NCBI GenBank assembly: GCA_965153285.1
Contig: OZ229111.1
Length of the DNA: 64,000 bases
DNA from: Podarcis tiliguerta
Taxonomy: Eukaryota
Strand: one strand, 5' to 3'
Positions 12,895-25,300 of this stretch are shown piece by piece; positions within the stretch are counted from its first letter, which is position 1; each line of letters starts with the position of its first letter. Below the pieces are notes generated by a model. That model saw only the letters and a list, made by a program, of their open reading frames with translations. It was not told the DNA's origin and did not search any database. The position numbers were made by a program, and so were the translations under genes.

Positions 12895-13391
12895 ATGCAA
12901 TGGCGGTCGCTGGTCCTGGCGCTGGTGGCGCTGAAGCTGGCCGGGCACGCGCTCTTGTGGCTGGCGGGGCCCAGCCTGGGCTTCTACCACCAGCGCCTGC
13001 GGGGCTTCTCCTGCAGCCCGGCGGAGGGAGGAGGCGGCGGCGGCGACGGCAGTGGCGGAGCCGGAGCCTCCCCGCTCTCGGACGCGCGCTGCTTCGACGC
13101 CGGCTTGGTCGCCCCGCACTGGGCCTCCTTCTTGGGCAAGGCCTGGGGAGCCGGTAGCGGCGCCTCCTCCTCGTCGCCCCCCAGGAGGGTCGTCGGTGTT
13201 GGCGGCGGCGGCGGCGACGAGTACGAGCAGCGCTACAGCCGCGCCTTCCCTCCGCAGCTCCGCGCGCAGCTCCGCGACGCCGCCCGCGGCATGTTCGCCT
13301 TCGGCTACGACAACTACATGGCGCACGCTTTTCCCCAGGACGAGCTGAACCCCATCGAGTGCAGCGGGAGGGGGCCCGACCGAGCCGACCC
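12895..13391 (+). CDS. EDEM1: EDEM1 exon 1 coding part
   Basis: gaccATG CAA TGG...GAC CC|gtgagt; signal/TM segment, Gly/Ser-rich linker, start of GH47. Confidence 0.93.
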
Positions 13392-16300
13392 GTGAGTAGC
13401 CTTCGCCAGGGGTCTCTTTCCGGGGCTCGGCACCCCGCCCTCCTCTGCCCTCCCCGACGCCCGTCCTACGGTCTGGGTGGGGTGCGCGCTCTGCTTGTGC
13501 TCAGGGGCACTGCAGTCCAGCTGTAGGCCCTCCTGCTTGCTTTGAGGGGGGTGAGACAGAGAGAAGAGAATTTGGAGGTCGGGCAGGGAGAGGGAATTGG
13601 ACGTGGTCTACCTGGGCTGTTGGCAAAAGAATGGAGTTAAGAGGGGAGAAGAGGACTTGAGGGTTTTCGGCGGGTGGGTGTGAAAACCTTGTCCCATCTG
13701 TTTCGACGAGAAAGTAAGAGTGGAGCAACTTAGGGACTTAAAGCAGGGAGACTTTGAATCACCTTTCAAAGAGTATTTTCTTTTTTGGGGCGGTGGTGGA
13801 GGGAACATGTTATGGGATATGCAAGGGAGACCATTTGAAGCTGATAGCAACTACCACCTCTGTGGTTTAGGCATCATACAGTATAGGTATTAGTATGTGT
13901 TCCCATTTCTTGCCCAGTGCCGGATTTACTTATAAGCTAAACAAGCTATAGCTTAGGGCCCCACTCTCTTGGGGGCCACCAAAAAATTTAAAGGAAAAAC
14001 AATATGGATGTACATTTCCAAAATACAGTATAAAATAAAAAAATAAAATAAAACCTACATACAGCAACAGAGTTTTGTGTTGTGTAGACTCCTATGATGC
14101 AAGTAATGGGTCTTGACAAAGGATAGCTGGACATATAAAGGGCCTCATTACCTTCAGTAGCTTATGACCTCATCAAACCTAAATCCTGCCCTGTTCTTGC
14201 CCCAGCCGTCTTATATTGATGTCGAGCTATGACTGTAACTACTGTGAGTGTAAGAACCCTAGGTTGGTCTGGGAACCCAAAGGTAGGGATGTATTGATGC
14301 TAACTCCAGTTGCAGTGCTAAAGGGAAAACCAACAACAACAGTGTTGAATGGTCCCTGCATGTAGAAATGGGTGGGGAGCAGAGTTTAAGATGAAAACAT
14401 GGAGCTTGTTTTTGAGATGGGAAGGGTCAGATTTAGGAGAAGTGAAACTGGCAGTAAAGTTACGGCTGCGGATAGGAAAAGCAGTCTTTCAGAAACAATA
14501 AAACTGAACAGTCACAAGAGCTATGTAAGTGACTGCATATGTGTACTCTTTCCAAAGTGCAAAGGTGACGGTTGGAGTGTGACAGCTATTGGTTTCCTCT
14601 AGTTTCTTTTATCAGATCTTATTCTTACAGAAGTGTCAGACCCAACTGTGTTGCACCCAGTGATGCCATCTTACATGTTGTTTGCAGTCTTAAAAATCGC
14701 AGAGTGCTTCAAAAATTGCATGAGCATTGCTTCATTCCTCCTGGGAGGGGGACGCAGTCGACAGTGGGGTTTCCCTTGATTGCAAAGACTAACTTTGCTG
14801 CTAAAGCTTTGGTTTCTACTAATAGATTCCTGGTGCCTCTCGGTTTCCTGCAGCTATACATTGTCCTTCCTGTATAGGTCTCTTTCTGTTGTCTAATGGC
14901 TACAGGTTAAGTAAGATACATGCAGTAGCAGTTTACTGATTTGTGCAGTTCAGTGATGTGGATTGTTTAACTAACACAACTTCACATGTTTGCTAGTAAA
15001 TCTACATGCCATATTCTTTATGCTTTCCTGCAAGCTTATTTGTAAGTGAGCCTTGAAATGACACTTTGTAAATAAGATCACAAAAGCTTTTAGTCAGCAC
15101 AGACACACCTAAGGACATAAAGAAACACCTTCTTGATCAGATCAAAGTCCTTTAATCCTGCATCCAGGGCCTCTCCTGCTCATGATTTCCCAGCAACTGG
15201 TATTTGCCTTTGATTCTAGTATGTAGCCATCATCACTAGTAACCGTTTATTGCCTTATCCTCCATGAATTTTTCTAATCCCCTTTTAAAGCCACCCAAGT
15301 TCCTGACTCTGTTACTGAATCTGCTGTGTGTCTAAAGTGGTACATTTGTCTGTCCTGAGTGTCACTGGATGGGTTCTAGGATTGTTTATGGAGGTGTAAT
15401 TCTTGTGGCACCTTCTTCTCCCTATCCTCTTTCAACACACCACATAATTTTGTGCATTTTATTGTGTCTTCCTCCCTCATCTATTTTTCTAATTTGAAGA
15501 GCCCCAACAGTTGTAGGGGAATTGCTTTAACCCCTAGTCACTGTGGTTGCCTTTTCTGCACCTTTTCTAATTACGCATTTTTTTTAAAAAAAGTGTGAAT
15601 CAGAATTGTATATAATATTCCAAACGTGGTTGCACCATAAACTTGTATAAAGGCAGTACAATATTGGCAGTTTTATTTTGATCTCTAATACAGAATCTAC
15701 CTCTTTCACAACGGTTATACACCAGCTCAACATTTTAACTGAGCTACCCACCACAACCTCAGTACCTTTTTTTCTGGTCAGTCATCACTAGCTCACCATT
15801 GGTGTGTATTTTTTTTGCGGGTATAATTTTTTGCCTTACTATGCATCAGTTTACACTTAAACTGAACTGCATTTGGCATTGTCCTGTTTGGAGAAATACC
15901 TTTTTGGAGCTCTTTGTGATCCCTTTTTCTTTTTACCACCCTTAATAATTTGACCTGACTGTGCCAGAGTCCAGGTCATTATGAAAAGGCACAAAATGGA
16001 TCCTTGAGGGAGCCTCACTTCTTACATACATCTGTTGTGAGAACTATCCATTTAGTCTACTTGCTGCTTCCTTTTTTTAAAAAACGGTTCAGTGATCTAT
16101 AAGATTATATGTCCTATTATCACTGCTAAGTTTAATCAGGAGCCTTCGGTAATGAACCTTTTGAATGGCAGATTTTTAAAAACATTTTGAATACAAAATA
16201 ATCCATGTTTTATTGGAATATGTATTGTCCAATTATTAAATTGGATTAAATTTTATATAAAAGCTACACTATAAATATAGCCTTCTGCCCAACATCCTAA

Positions 16301-19300
16301 ATTAAGTAAGACAGGTACTTACACAAAGATGGAATCAATGTGAGCTTGATCAGGATCACAGTTACATATGTGAAGCACATGGGAAAATCAATTAGACCTA
16401 GCCTAAACATTATTTGGGGATTTAATTTTGACTCTTTGCTATGTATCACTTGAACAAATAGGCCTGTGCTAGCAGAGCAATTTGAGCTTAAAATTTTATT
16501 TCATATAAAGTTATATAATACTGTGTGGACTTCACCCATTCTGTCTTTCCAGATTATATTTATAATTGCCTGTGTGGCTATTTCTCAACAGATGCACCAG
16601 TAAGGAAAATCTAATTTTATGCTTAGAAAGTGCTTTTAGGGTAGTTTTTGTCAGGGTTGAGAAACATCAGAGTAAATCTTAAAGCTTTCATAATGAACAA
16701 GCTGATGTTGTCAACCTTTGCCATCTTGTTCAATTTTGAATGGTGCGTTGGGTCCAAAGAACACTGTGTTCTTGGAGAAAGACATCTCTTCTCCAAGACA
16801 TCTGTTCTCTCTCTTTTTTTTTATTTCCTAAAACAAATCAACATATTTTCAAAATATAAGTATCAACTCAAAACTTTAAAATATCTTGAAGTGTTGAACG
16901 CTGGTTGTAGACTAAATTCAGTAATTTGAAGGTTACATTGGTAACTTTATTCCAGTTCTTGAAAAAGGGAAGGAAGCTTAAATGTTGTATTTATAAACAT
17001 AGCTGCCTACGTTTGTCAAAATAGTCTATATCATGGCTGTATTCATGTTCCTAGCTATTCTTGCTTTGTAAAATCTGTTTTCACTGCAAGCAGCTTCTGT
17101 GTTTCTTGTCTACCAGTTTTGAGCTACTTCCTTTTCTGACTTTGAGACTTAACTGGCACGCAGATGTTTGTATAACAGCCTCAGGTTTGAGCAGTTGTAT
17201 GGATATTTCAAGTTACTTTTAGAAAATCATGCATTTCTGCCACATTTTGGGGCCTAGTTAAGACTATAAAACTGGGTTGAAGAATAGAGAAAAGTTCATA
17301 AAAAAAGATTGAGAGGGCTTACTTGCTGTTTTGATTAAATGGTTCTCACAAGGAGACAAGGTAACTTAAACTGAACAGTGGCTTCTCACTTCAGTGGTCG
17401 CTGTAGCAAAAACAGCATGCTAAGCTCTGAGTGTATGTATTTGTACTTTCTTTGGATCCCATCCTAATCCCTACATACACTTTGAAAGAAGGAAAAATAC
17501 ACCCTTTTACAGCCTTGTTATTGATTGTGTGTCTGAAGAAATAAGCAATTGTGTTTTGATCCTGAGTATATATACCCTAATCCACCCTTCAACAACCTGG
17601 TGCCCTCTAGCTATTTTTGACAGCAACTTTTCTCAGCAGCAGACAGCATAACAAAAGGTTATGGGACTTGTATTCTGCAACATCTGGAGAGCACCAGTTT
17701 TTGTTTTGTTTTAAACAGCAGAGTGCTCGGTGAGAAGATGTGGCACAAAAATCCTGTCCTGCTTTTTGTATCAAGCCTTATAACAAGAATTATTTTTAAT
17801 TTAATTTAGAAAAAAAATGAACAATTTTGTGATGATGTTCTAATTTGCTCATAGTTCAACAAGTATCTGAAGTTGCATCTCCCAGTTTAGACTTGTATAC
17901 CTTTATTCACTAGGTTATACAAACAATAGTATAGCTTCTAGATATTTGTGTCACTTTAATTTCAGATGTGCCCAGTCCATCAAGTCAAAATACCTAGGCC
18001 TACTGTAGTTCACTTATATCCTATTTCTGACTTTGGTAGACTATGTGTCCTATTACAGTCATACCCATGGAAGTCAAACGGAATCTGTTCCAGAAGTCCG
18101 TTCGACTTCCAAAATGTTTGAAAACCAAAACGCGGTTTCTGATTGGCTGCAGGAATCTCCTGCAGCCAATCGGAAGCAGCAGAAGCCCCGTCGGACATTC
18201 AGCTTCCAAAAATCGTTTGAAAACCAGAACACTCCCTTCCGGGTTTTGATCATTTGGGAGCTGATTTGTTCGGGAGCCAAGGCGTTCGAGATCCAAGGTT
18301 GCCTCTTTGCCTTACTATGAAAGAAATTGCATATGACTGAATTAAAAGTATAACATGGCAGTAGACTGATTTACTGTAGGAGTGTGCTAATACTGCATCT
18401 ATGTTATGGGGCCAAGGCTGCAATCCTTTGGGTACTTAGCTAGGAACACATCCCATTAAATTCTTTAAGACTCTCATCCAGATAATCAAGCTTAGTATTG
18501 GGCTACAAGATTTATAGACTATATTCTTGAACTAACTTTTAAAAAATCTGATAGAACTAATTTCTAACTGACTTTATTTCAGTTCAAATCTGAATATCAA
18601 TGATGTCCTGGGAAACTACTCGCTTACTCTGATTGATGCATTGGATACCCTAGCAGTGAGTTTAAAATGTTTTCTAATTACTGGAAAAAGAAAAAATGAT
18701 CAAAAGTAGTTACAACCCCACACATTCACCTCTTGTTTTCCTTCCTTGCCTTGGTTAACACACATGTCTTCTGGGCAAAGACCCATATTATTCAAATCCG
18801 GAGTGGAGTCCCTAAGATAGTTGGATTGTGCCTTGTACACCTCCTTCCGGCAACTCCTGTAGCCAGGCTGGTGCCAGATGCTCTGCTTTCTTTGGACCAC
18901 ATCAGTGAGGCCGAGAAGGAGGTCTTGTTTTGTAGGCAGTCCAGGACCTCCATACACACTGCCCAGGCTTGCGTCCTGGGAGGTCACCTCGTTGCTGTTA
19001 ACGCTGGAGTTTGATTTCACCCCAGGAGGTGCACTCCATTGTCTCTCAAGACAGACAGGTGCCAACATCTTCCCCTTAGATAACTCCCCTTTCCTGAGTT
19101 CTCTTCTGATGGAAATGGAACTCCCTTATTCAGGGGAAAGGGATCTATTGGCTCCAGTTCATGTCTGGCTTTGGTGATAGTCACAAGCAGTGAGAGATTT
19201 GATTATATGTGAATGTTATTAAGATCCATGCCACAGTAGACTTTTGTATCATTTTCTTCCTGGTGGAATTACCCCAGTGCCATTGCATTCTGATTATTTT

Positions 19301-22300
19301 AACTCCATCACCATTCGTATTAGTGTTAGAGCCTGCGTTCAGCTTGGACAAATCACTATAGCTTCTTTACATGGTGTTGTTTAGACAGATATACATTTAA
19401 CCCTGGAAGTTGTTTTCTTATACTTTGAAACTTTGTATAGGGCATAGTTTTGTTGCGATTGGGTTGTGGCTTTTTTTTTTTTTTTCTTTCATAAATCAAA
19501 CACCTTACTAAACCATCACACTTAAATTATGGTGCTTTGTGTTCTAATACTTTGTTGTTTTTAGGACGGTACCTTTTGAGGTCCTGAAATATTATTGGGA
19601 TTTAGGAAATATGACAATGTATATTTCTATGATTTTTAGTAATGCCTGATATTTAATTTTTGTTTTTAAACATTTTTAACAGCTAGTACAAAAACTTGTG
19701 ATTATTTAATGTGATAATTATGTTTTGCCTTAAAGGTAATGGGAAATTCTTCAGAGTTCCAGAAAGCAGTGAAACTAGTGATAGACACAGTATCGTTTGA
19801 CACAGATTCAACCGTCCAAGTTTTTGAAGCAACAATTAGGTAGGTTGCCACTTGAAATCTGAGAGCATTGTGAGCTCCAACTAAATTTATCACGTTTTCA
19901 GAAGTCAGTTAATTTATGCTTTCTTGTTGTCTCACAACATAGTGTAATAAATTGGTAATTTTGAGTGATAGAAGAAAGACTGTCACTAAAGCAAAACAGA
20001 GGGTTAAAGAGGACCCACTTTTTATTATAAACAAACACCAGCAGGAAACTGACAATAATTTTAGCCCTCTTAATATTAAATGCCTAGCAATATTTTTTGT
20101 CCTTACCCCTGAAGTCAAAGCAGAGGAGGAGACGCATGAAGTTCCTTAGGAGCAAAGTTTTTAGTAAAACTGTAACCACCTACTACAGAGAGTTACAAAT
20201 TTTTTTGCTGTACAGTGCAAATGGATCATGCTGCTGTGCTGTATGAATGGAGCATGCAACAGTATCTCCCTCCCTACAACATCCTCTTTTTGCACCCTTT
20301 TAAAGTCACTACAAGTTGGGGTGCTGATTTGCATCTTGGTGACTGCCCTTATTTGCAGTGCTATTTTTCTTTGACCGAGCTGCGGGAGACGTCTGTGCCT
20401 GGCGTGCTCTGGTCCATGGGGTCACGAAGAGTCAGACCCGACTAAACAACAATTTTTCTAGAAAAAGAGATGCCAGAGCTCACCATGAACGCCTCCCTCG
20501 TTTTCTTAGAATGGCAATGGTACCTACCTGAGAGGTGCCAGAACTCAGTTCTGGCAAGTCCCCCCTGAAAAAAAGTCCTGCTTATTAGTCTTTTTACAGC
20601 ATGTTGTGTGCAGAAGTACTAATGCATGTGCTCCTCACCTTGTCAGTTAATTTTGTTATAGAACCCCATTGTGCTTAGAGAGCAGCACACTTGCCACATT
20701 CAACTCTGTTTCCAACACCAGTAATTTTAACCACATTCAGAAACTCAAAAGCAAGAAATGTATGTTACCTATAACTAGCAGAATTGAAATTAACCACTGA
20801 AATTAACATACCCTTTTCATTCCTTACCCCTCAGTTGTGACTACTTCATTGCTTAAAGGTTGTCAAGTCTTGCCTTTTTGTGCTTTACCTTTTGTTTACT
20901 TATGTTTAGTTAAATAAAAAGAATGTGCCAATGCATTTGAGTCATGATATATCTATTTTGCCTCTTGCAGCTAAGCAAATTGCCAGCATTTTGGCATTGG
21001 CTTCTTTATAAGAAAGATAGAGCAAAGGTTTGTAATCTGTTCGAGTGATTTTTTTTTTATTACTTAAGAAGACTTTCTATTGAGGGTTTTGAAAAAATAA
21101 TAATTGAGAAACAGCAAGTTTATGGATTAGTGGAGATATATAAACCTATCACAGTGATTTGCATCCTGGCTTGGAATTTTCAGTGTTAGCCAATAATTTT
21201 CAGAGCCTTTTTAGAGGCTAACTAGATGCTGAAAGCTCAATTCAGGTCCTGCACTTAAATTAATTAATTAATTCAACTTTACTGTACTTGGTATTTCCTT
21301 GTTAGCTGAGACTACAATCACAGATGTGTCCTTGCTCAGGACATGCAAGCTCATAATATTGCCAAGTATGGGATGGCGTACAGAATAAACATAAAACAAT
21401 TTATATTGTTTTTGGACATGACAAAATTGGCATTAAGACATTGTGATAGTAGGAAACATGGCAAGTAAATGACAGCAGGTTTTTCTGAATTCTGTGCTGG
21501 TAGACAAAACTGATGTGAAATAGCTCGAGAAGCAGATTAAGATGCTCTGCATCTTACATGTCGATCTTTCAGTTGAAGAGGATAGAATGTGGTTTGGGCC
21601 CAAGGCCTAAATGTCTCTCTCAGCCAGGCCTCGCTGTGGCCATGGAACTTCCTTCAGAGAGCCAGTGTGGTGTAGTGGTTAAGAGCGGTAGTCTCGTAAT
21701 CTGGGGAACCGGGTTCGCGTCTCCGCTCCTCCACATGCAGCTGCTGGGTGACCTTGGGCCAGTCACATTTCTTTGAAGTCTCTCAGCCCCACTCACCTCA
21801 CAGAGTGTTTGTTGTGGGGGAGGAAGGGAAAGGAGAATGTTAGCCGCTTTGAGACTCCTGAAGGGGAGTGAAAGGCAGGATATCAAATCCAAACTCTTCT
21901 TCTTCTTCTTCACACCTTTCCCCAGGCCACATCCCTCGGTGGCCCTGCTTTGCACCCCAGGTGGTTTTTGCCTGACTAGTATGTGTCCTTGAATTCTGAT
22001 GATGACCCTTGCTTCCATGGATGGAGGTGATTGGAACGTTGCGCAGGAGGGTTGCAGCGCTTAGACTGAAAAATGTTCCCCATTCCTGATATAAGCTAAT
22101 GTTCTGTTTGCTCTTCAGCTTGAACCTAACTTTGATAACTGATATGCTGTACATTACACATAATGTAGCAAATTATATATTGTCTCCTTTCAAACTATCT
22201 CTTACAGGGTTTTGGGAAGCTTGCTTTCAGCCCATATCATCATAACAGATGCCAGGCAGCCTTTTGGGGATATGACTATTAAGGGCTATGATAATGAGCT

Positions 22301-25300
22301 CTTGCATATGGCTCATGACCTGGCCGTAAGACTGTTACCTGCTTTTGAGAATACCAAAACAGGAATTCCATATCCTCGGGTAAGTGTGCCATGAAGAACA
22401 GTTTTCATGGAACCTTCTTTAATACTTCATTCTACTTTCACTTGCTGGGGCTAGATGGGTCTTAAATATTAAACATAAGGCTCACTTTTTGAAAAACTAG
22501 ATTGAAAAATCGTCCACGTATAGCAGCTTTGTGGAGGAAGTAATGCCTTTCTCAGCACATCTGTGTTTACAGGCCTTGCTTTCTCATGTTAAAACATACA
22601 GCCTGACAGTGGAAAATATCTTTGCCCTCACTTAAAAAATCTGCTGTCAAATTCAACTGCTTTAATGGATGCCCTAGGTCAACTGTTGGTTCTTCAACAT
22701 GACTGTGTTCCTGAAGCTGTTCCATGTTGAAGATTTTGCAGTGTCTGACTTGGTCTTTTGATGGCTGGGTATTTACATGCCTGATGTTAATCTGGATACT
22801 CCTTTAAGACAGATTCCCTGTGGAATATGATGCAACCTCATGACAGAACACTGATGAAACACACAAGTCACTTTATATTTGTCCTTGATTATCAAGGGGG
22901 TAGAAATGAAGGAAGCAAAAGACAGAAATACAACTGCTTGCTTTTCAAGAAGAACATTTGAGCCTTCTTATCTTTGTATAGGTAAACTTAAGAACAGGAA
23001 TTCCTTCTGGCAGCAACAGTGAGGCCTGCACTGCAGGAGCTGGATCCTTATTGCTGCTTGCTTTTCAAGAAATGTACATTTAAACCTTCTTATCTTTGTG
23101 TAGGTAAACTTAAGAACAGGAGTTCCTTCTGGCAGCAACAATGAGACCTGCACTGCAGGAGCTGGATCCTTATTGGTGGAATTTGGAATTCTTAGCAGGC
23201 TTCTGGGCGATTCCACTTTTGAATGGGTTGCCCGCCGAGCTGTGAAAGCACTCTGGAGTCTAAGGAGCAATGACACTGGACTATTAGGTGCATAATAGGT
23301 TTATGGGTCTTGCATAATTAACAGAATTTGTTAACAGTAATATAATCCTGAAAAGTTACTTATTTAAGATATTTATATGCTGCTTTTCAAGTGAGCCTCA
23401 CAGATTGACTTACAAAGCAAAGGCAAGCTGCAGTGGGTGGAAGGCAATTTTTTTTAAAATCAGATATCCCTCCCCCCCAGCAAGGTAGGGGAGCAGTTGT
23501 GGGAGGCAAGATGGTACTTGCATGGTTGTGATAGCTTATACCACAGCATCATTTGTATGGCTGCACTGGGACCTTTGTGCCCAGTTGCCTAAAACCCCTC
23601 CATTATATTAGGAATAAATTTTTACTTCTACGCTAGTGCATCCGCTGTTTGCTTGTGAGCAGTGCATCATAGATAGGCATATTACAGAATCGGGAGATGG
23701 GATTGTCTGGGATCCTTGCTGCATGTACACACAATGTACACACAGTATACATTAGATGCATACTGTGTGAAGATACCCTAATTTAGTGAATGATTATCTC
23801 TGCAATAATGCACCACGGCAATGTTATAGAAACACTCAATTATGGGTATTGATTGCTGCAATATATTCACCTGGTGTAGAATGCAGCTATGTGCACACGT
23901 GATGTTGAAGATGGGATTCTGTACAACTATTTATTTGTGAACTGTGCTGTTGGTCTTTTAAGCCCTGTTTGTTTTTAATAAAACCTTGTACTTTCAGTGC
24001 TTCACATACAGTCATACCTCGTTTTATGTCCACTTCATGTTACGTTTTTTCAGGTTGCGTCCCGCGGCAACCCGGAAGTACCGGAAAGGGTTACTTCCGG
24101 GTTTCGCCACATGCACAGTAGCGCTAAATCGTGCTTCGCGCATGTGCACAAACACCAAATCATGCTGCGCACATGTGCAGATATGGCGCTTCAGGTTGCA
24201 GGCTTTTCACATTGTGAACGGGACTCTGGAACGGATCCCGTTCGCAACCGGAGGTACCACTGTACTTTAATGAACATATAGTCCTAGAATCCTCTTGAAA
24301 TTATTTGAGAAGTCCAAGCTTAAAGTCCCCTTAAGGAGTGCTTATATTGGCAGACTGTTGAAGGAGATCCGCTAACACGCAAGCCACAATTTTATTTTTA
24401 AAAGACAATGCAAAGGGATCTAGCTTTCCCATACTGAATGTTTTGCATCCAGACTTTTGTTTTGGGTGTAATGCTCAACTTCTATACTGATGTCCTCTGG
24501 CTTTTGAGATTGTATACACTTTATTGTAATTTCTTTCATGTTATACAGGAATTTTATACTATGTTGAGCATTATCAGCCAAACAGTGTATAAATGCAACA
24601 ATTTATGTAGCTATTCTTGGATAATCTTTGTCTTTGTGTTTACTTTATAGGCAATGTTGTGAATATTCAAACTGGCCACTGGGTTGGAAAGCAGAGTGGT
24701 TTGGGAGCAGGATTAGATTCCTTCTATGAATATCTTTTGAAATCTTACATCCTCTTTGGAGAAAAAGAAGATCTAGAGATGTTCAATGATGCTTATCAGA
24801 GTATTCAGAACTACTTAAGGCGAGGGTATGTTCCGTACTTTACTATCTTCAGGAGGATGTAAAACTTGCCTGGGCTGGTTGGAACATGGGACATCAGTTT
24901 CCTTAAGAATAATTATGTGTTCCTCTGATGTACACTTAAAAACTGAGATTATTACTACAAACTAAATTGACACTTACTGTCTACCTTCAAATTCTTCTGC
25001 AAACCCATGCTGTTGTTCAGTCTTTGGCATAACCACTTAATCCCCATGCCCTACTTGTAATTAGATGTGGACAAGCAGACTTCTGCTTGTGCAATGGGAC
25101 TTCACCTTCCTCTCCCCATACCCCACTCAGATCTGTTCCAAAGAGCCCCCCAACCTCCAGGGAGGAGGAGTGGAAGGTAAAATATTGTTGCGTGAGTGAA
25201 ACTCTGTTACACTCATAGGCAGACAGTTTGGGTTGCAACCTTGAGTATACAAAATTGAAATGGCTTCCCCCTCTTTACTCCTCTCTCCTCTTAGCTCCCC

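Larger units (their letters stand above)
12360..13500 (+). promoter_or_regulatory. EDEM1: CpG-island promoter and first exon of EDEM1
   Basis: Abrupt GC/CpG-rich segment with an inverted CCAAT box (ATTGG 12443-12447), GC boxes (GGGCGGGG near 12556 and 12768) and no TATA box. Confidence 0.85.

Noticed and set aside
12359-13348. Several long ORFs on both strands over the CpG island
   Set aside because: These are stop-poor GC-rich shadows of EDEM1 exon 1 and its promoter, with low-complexity products.
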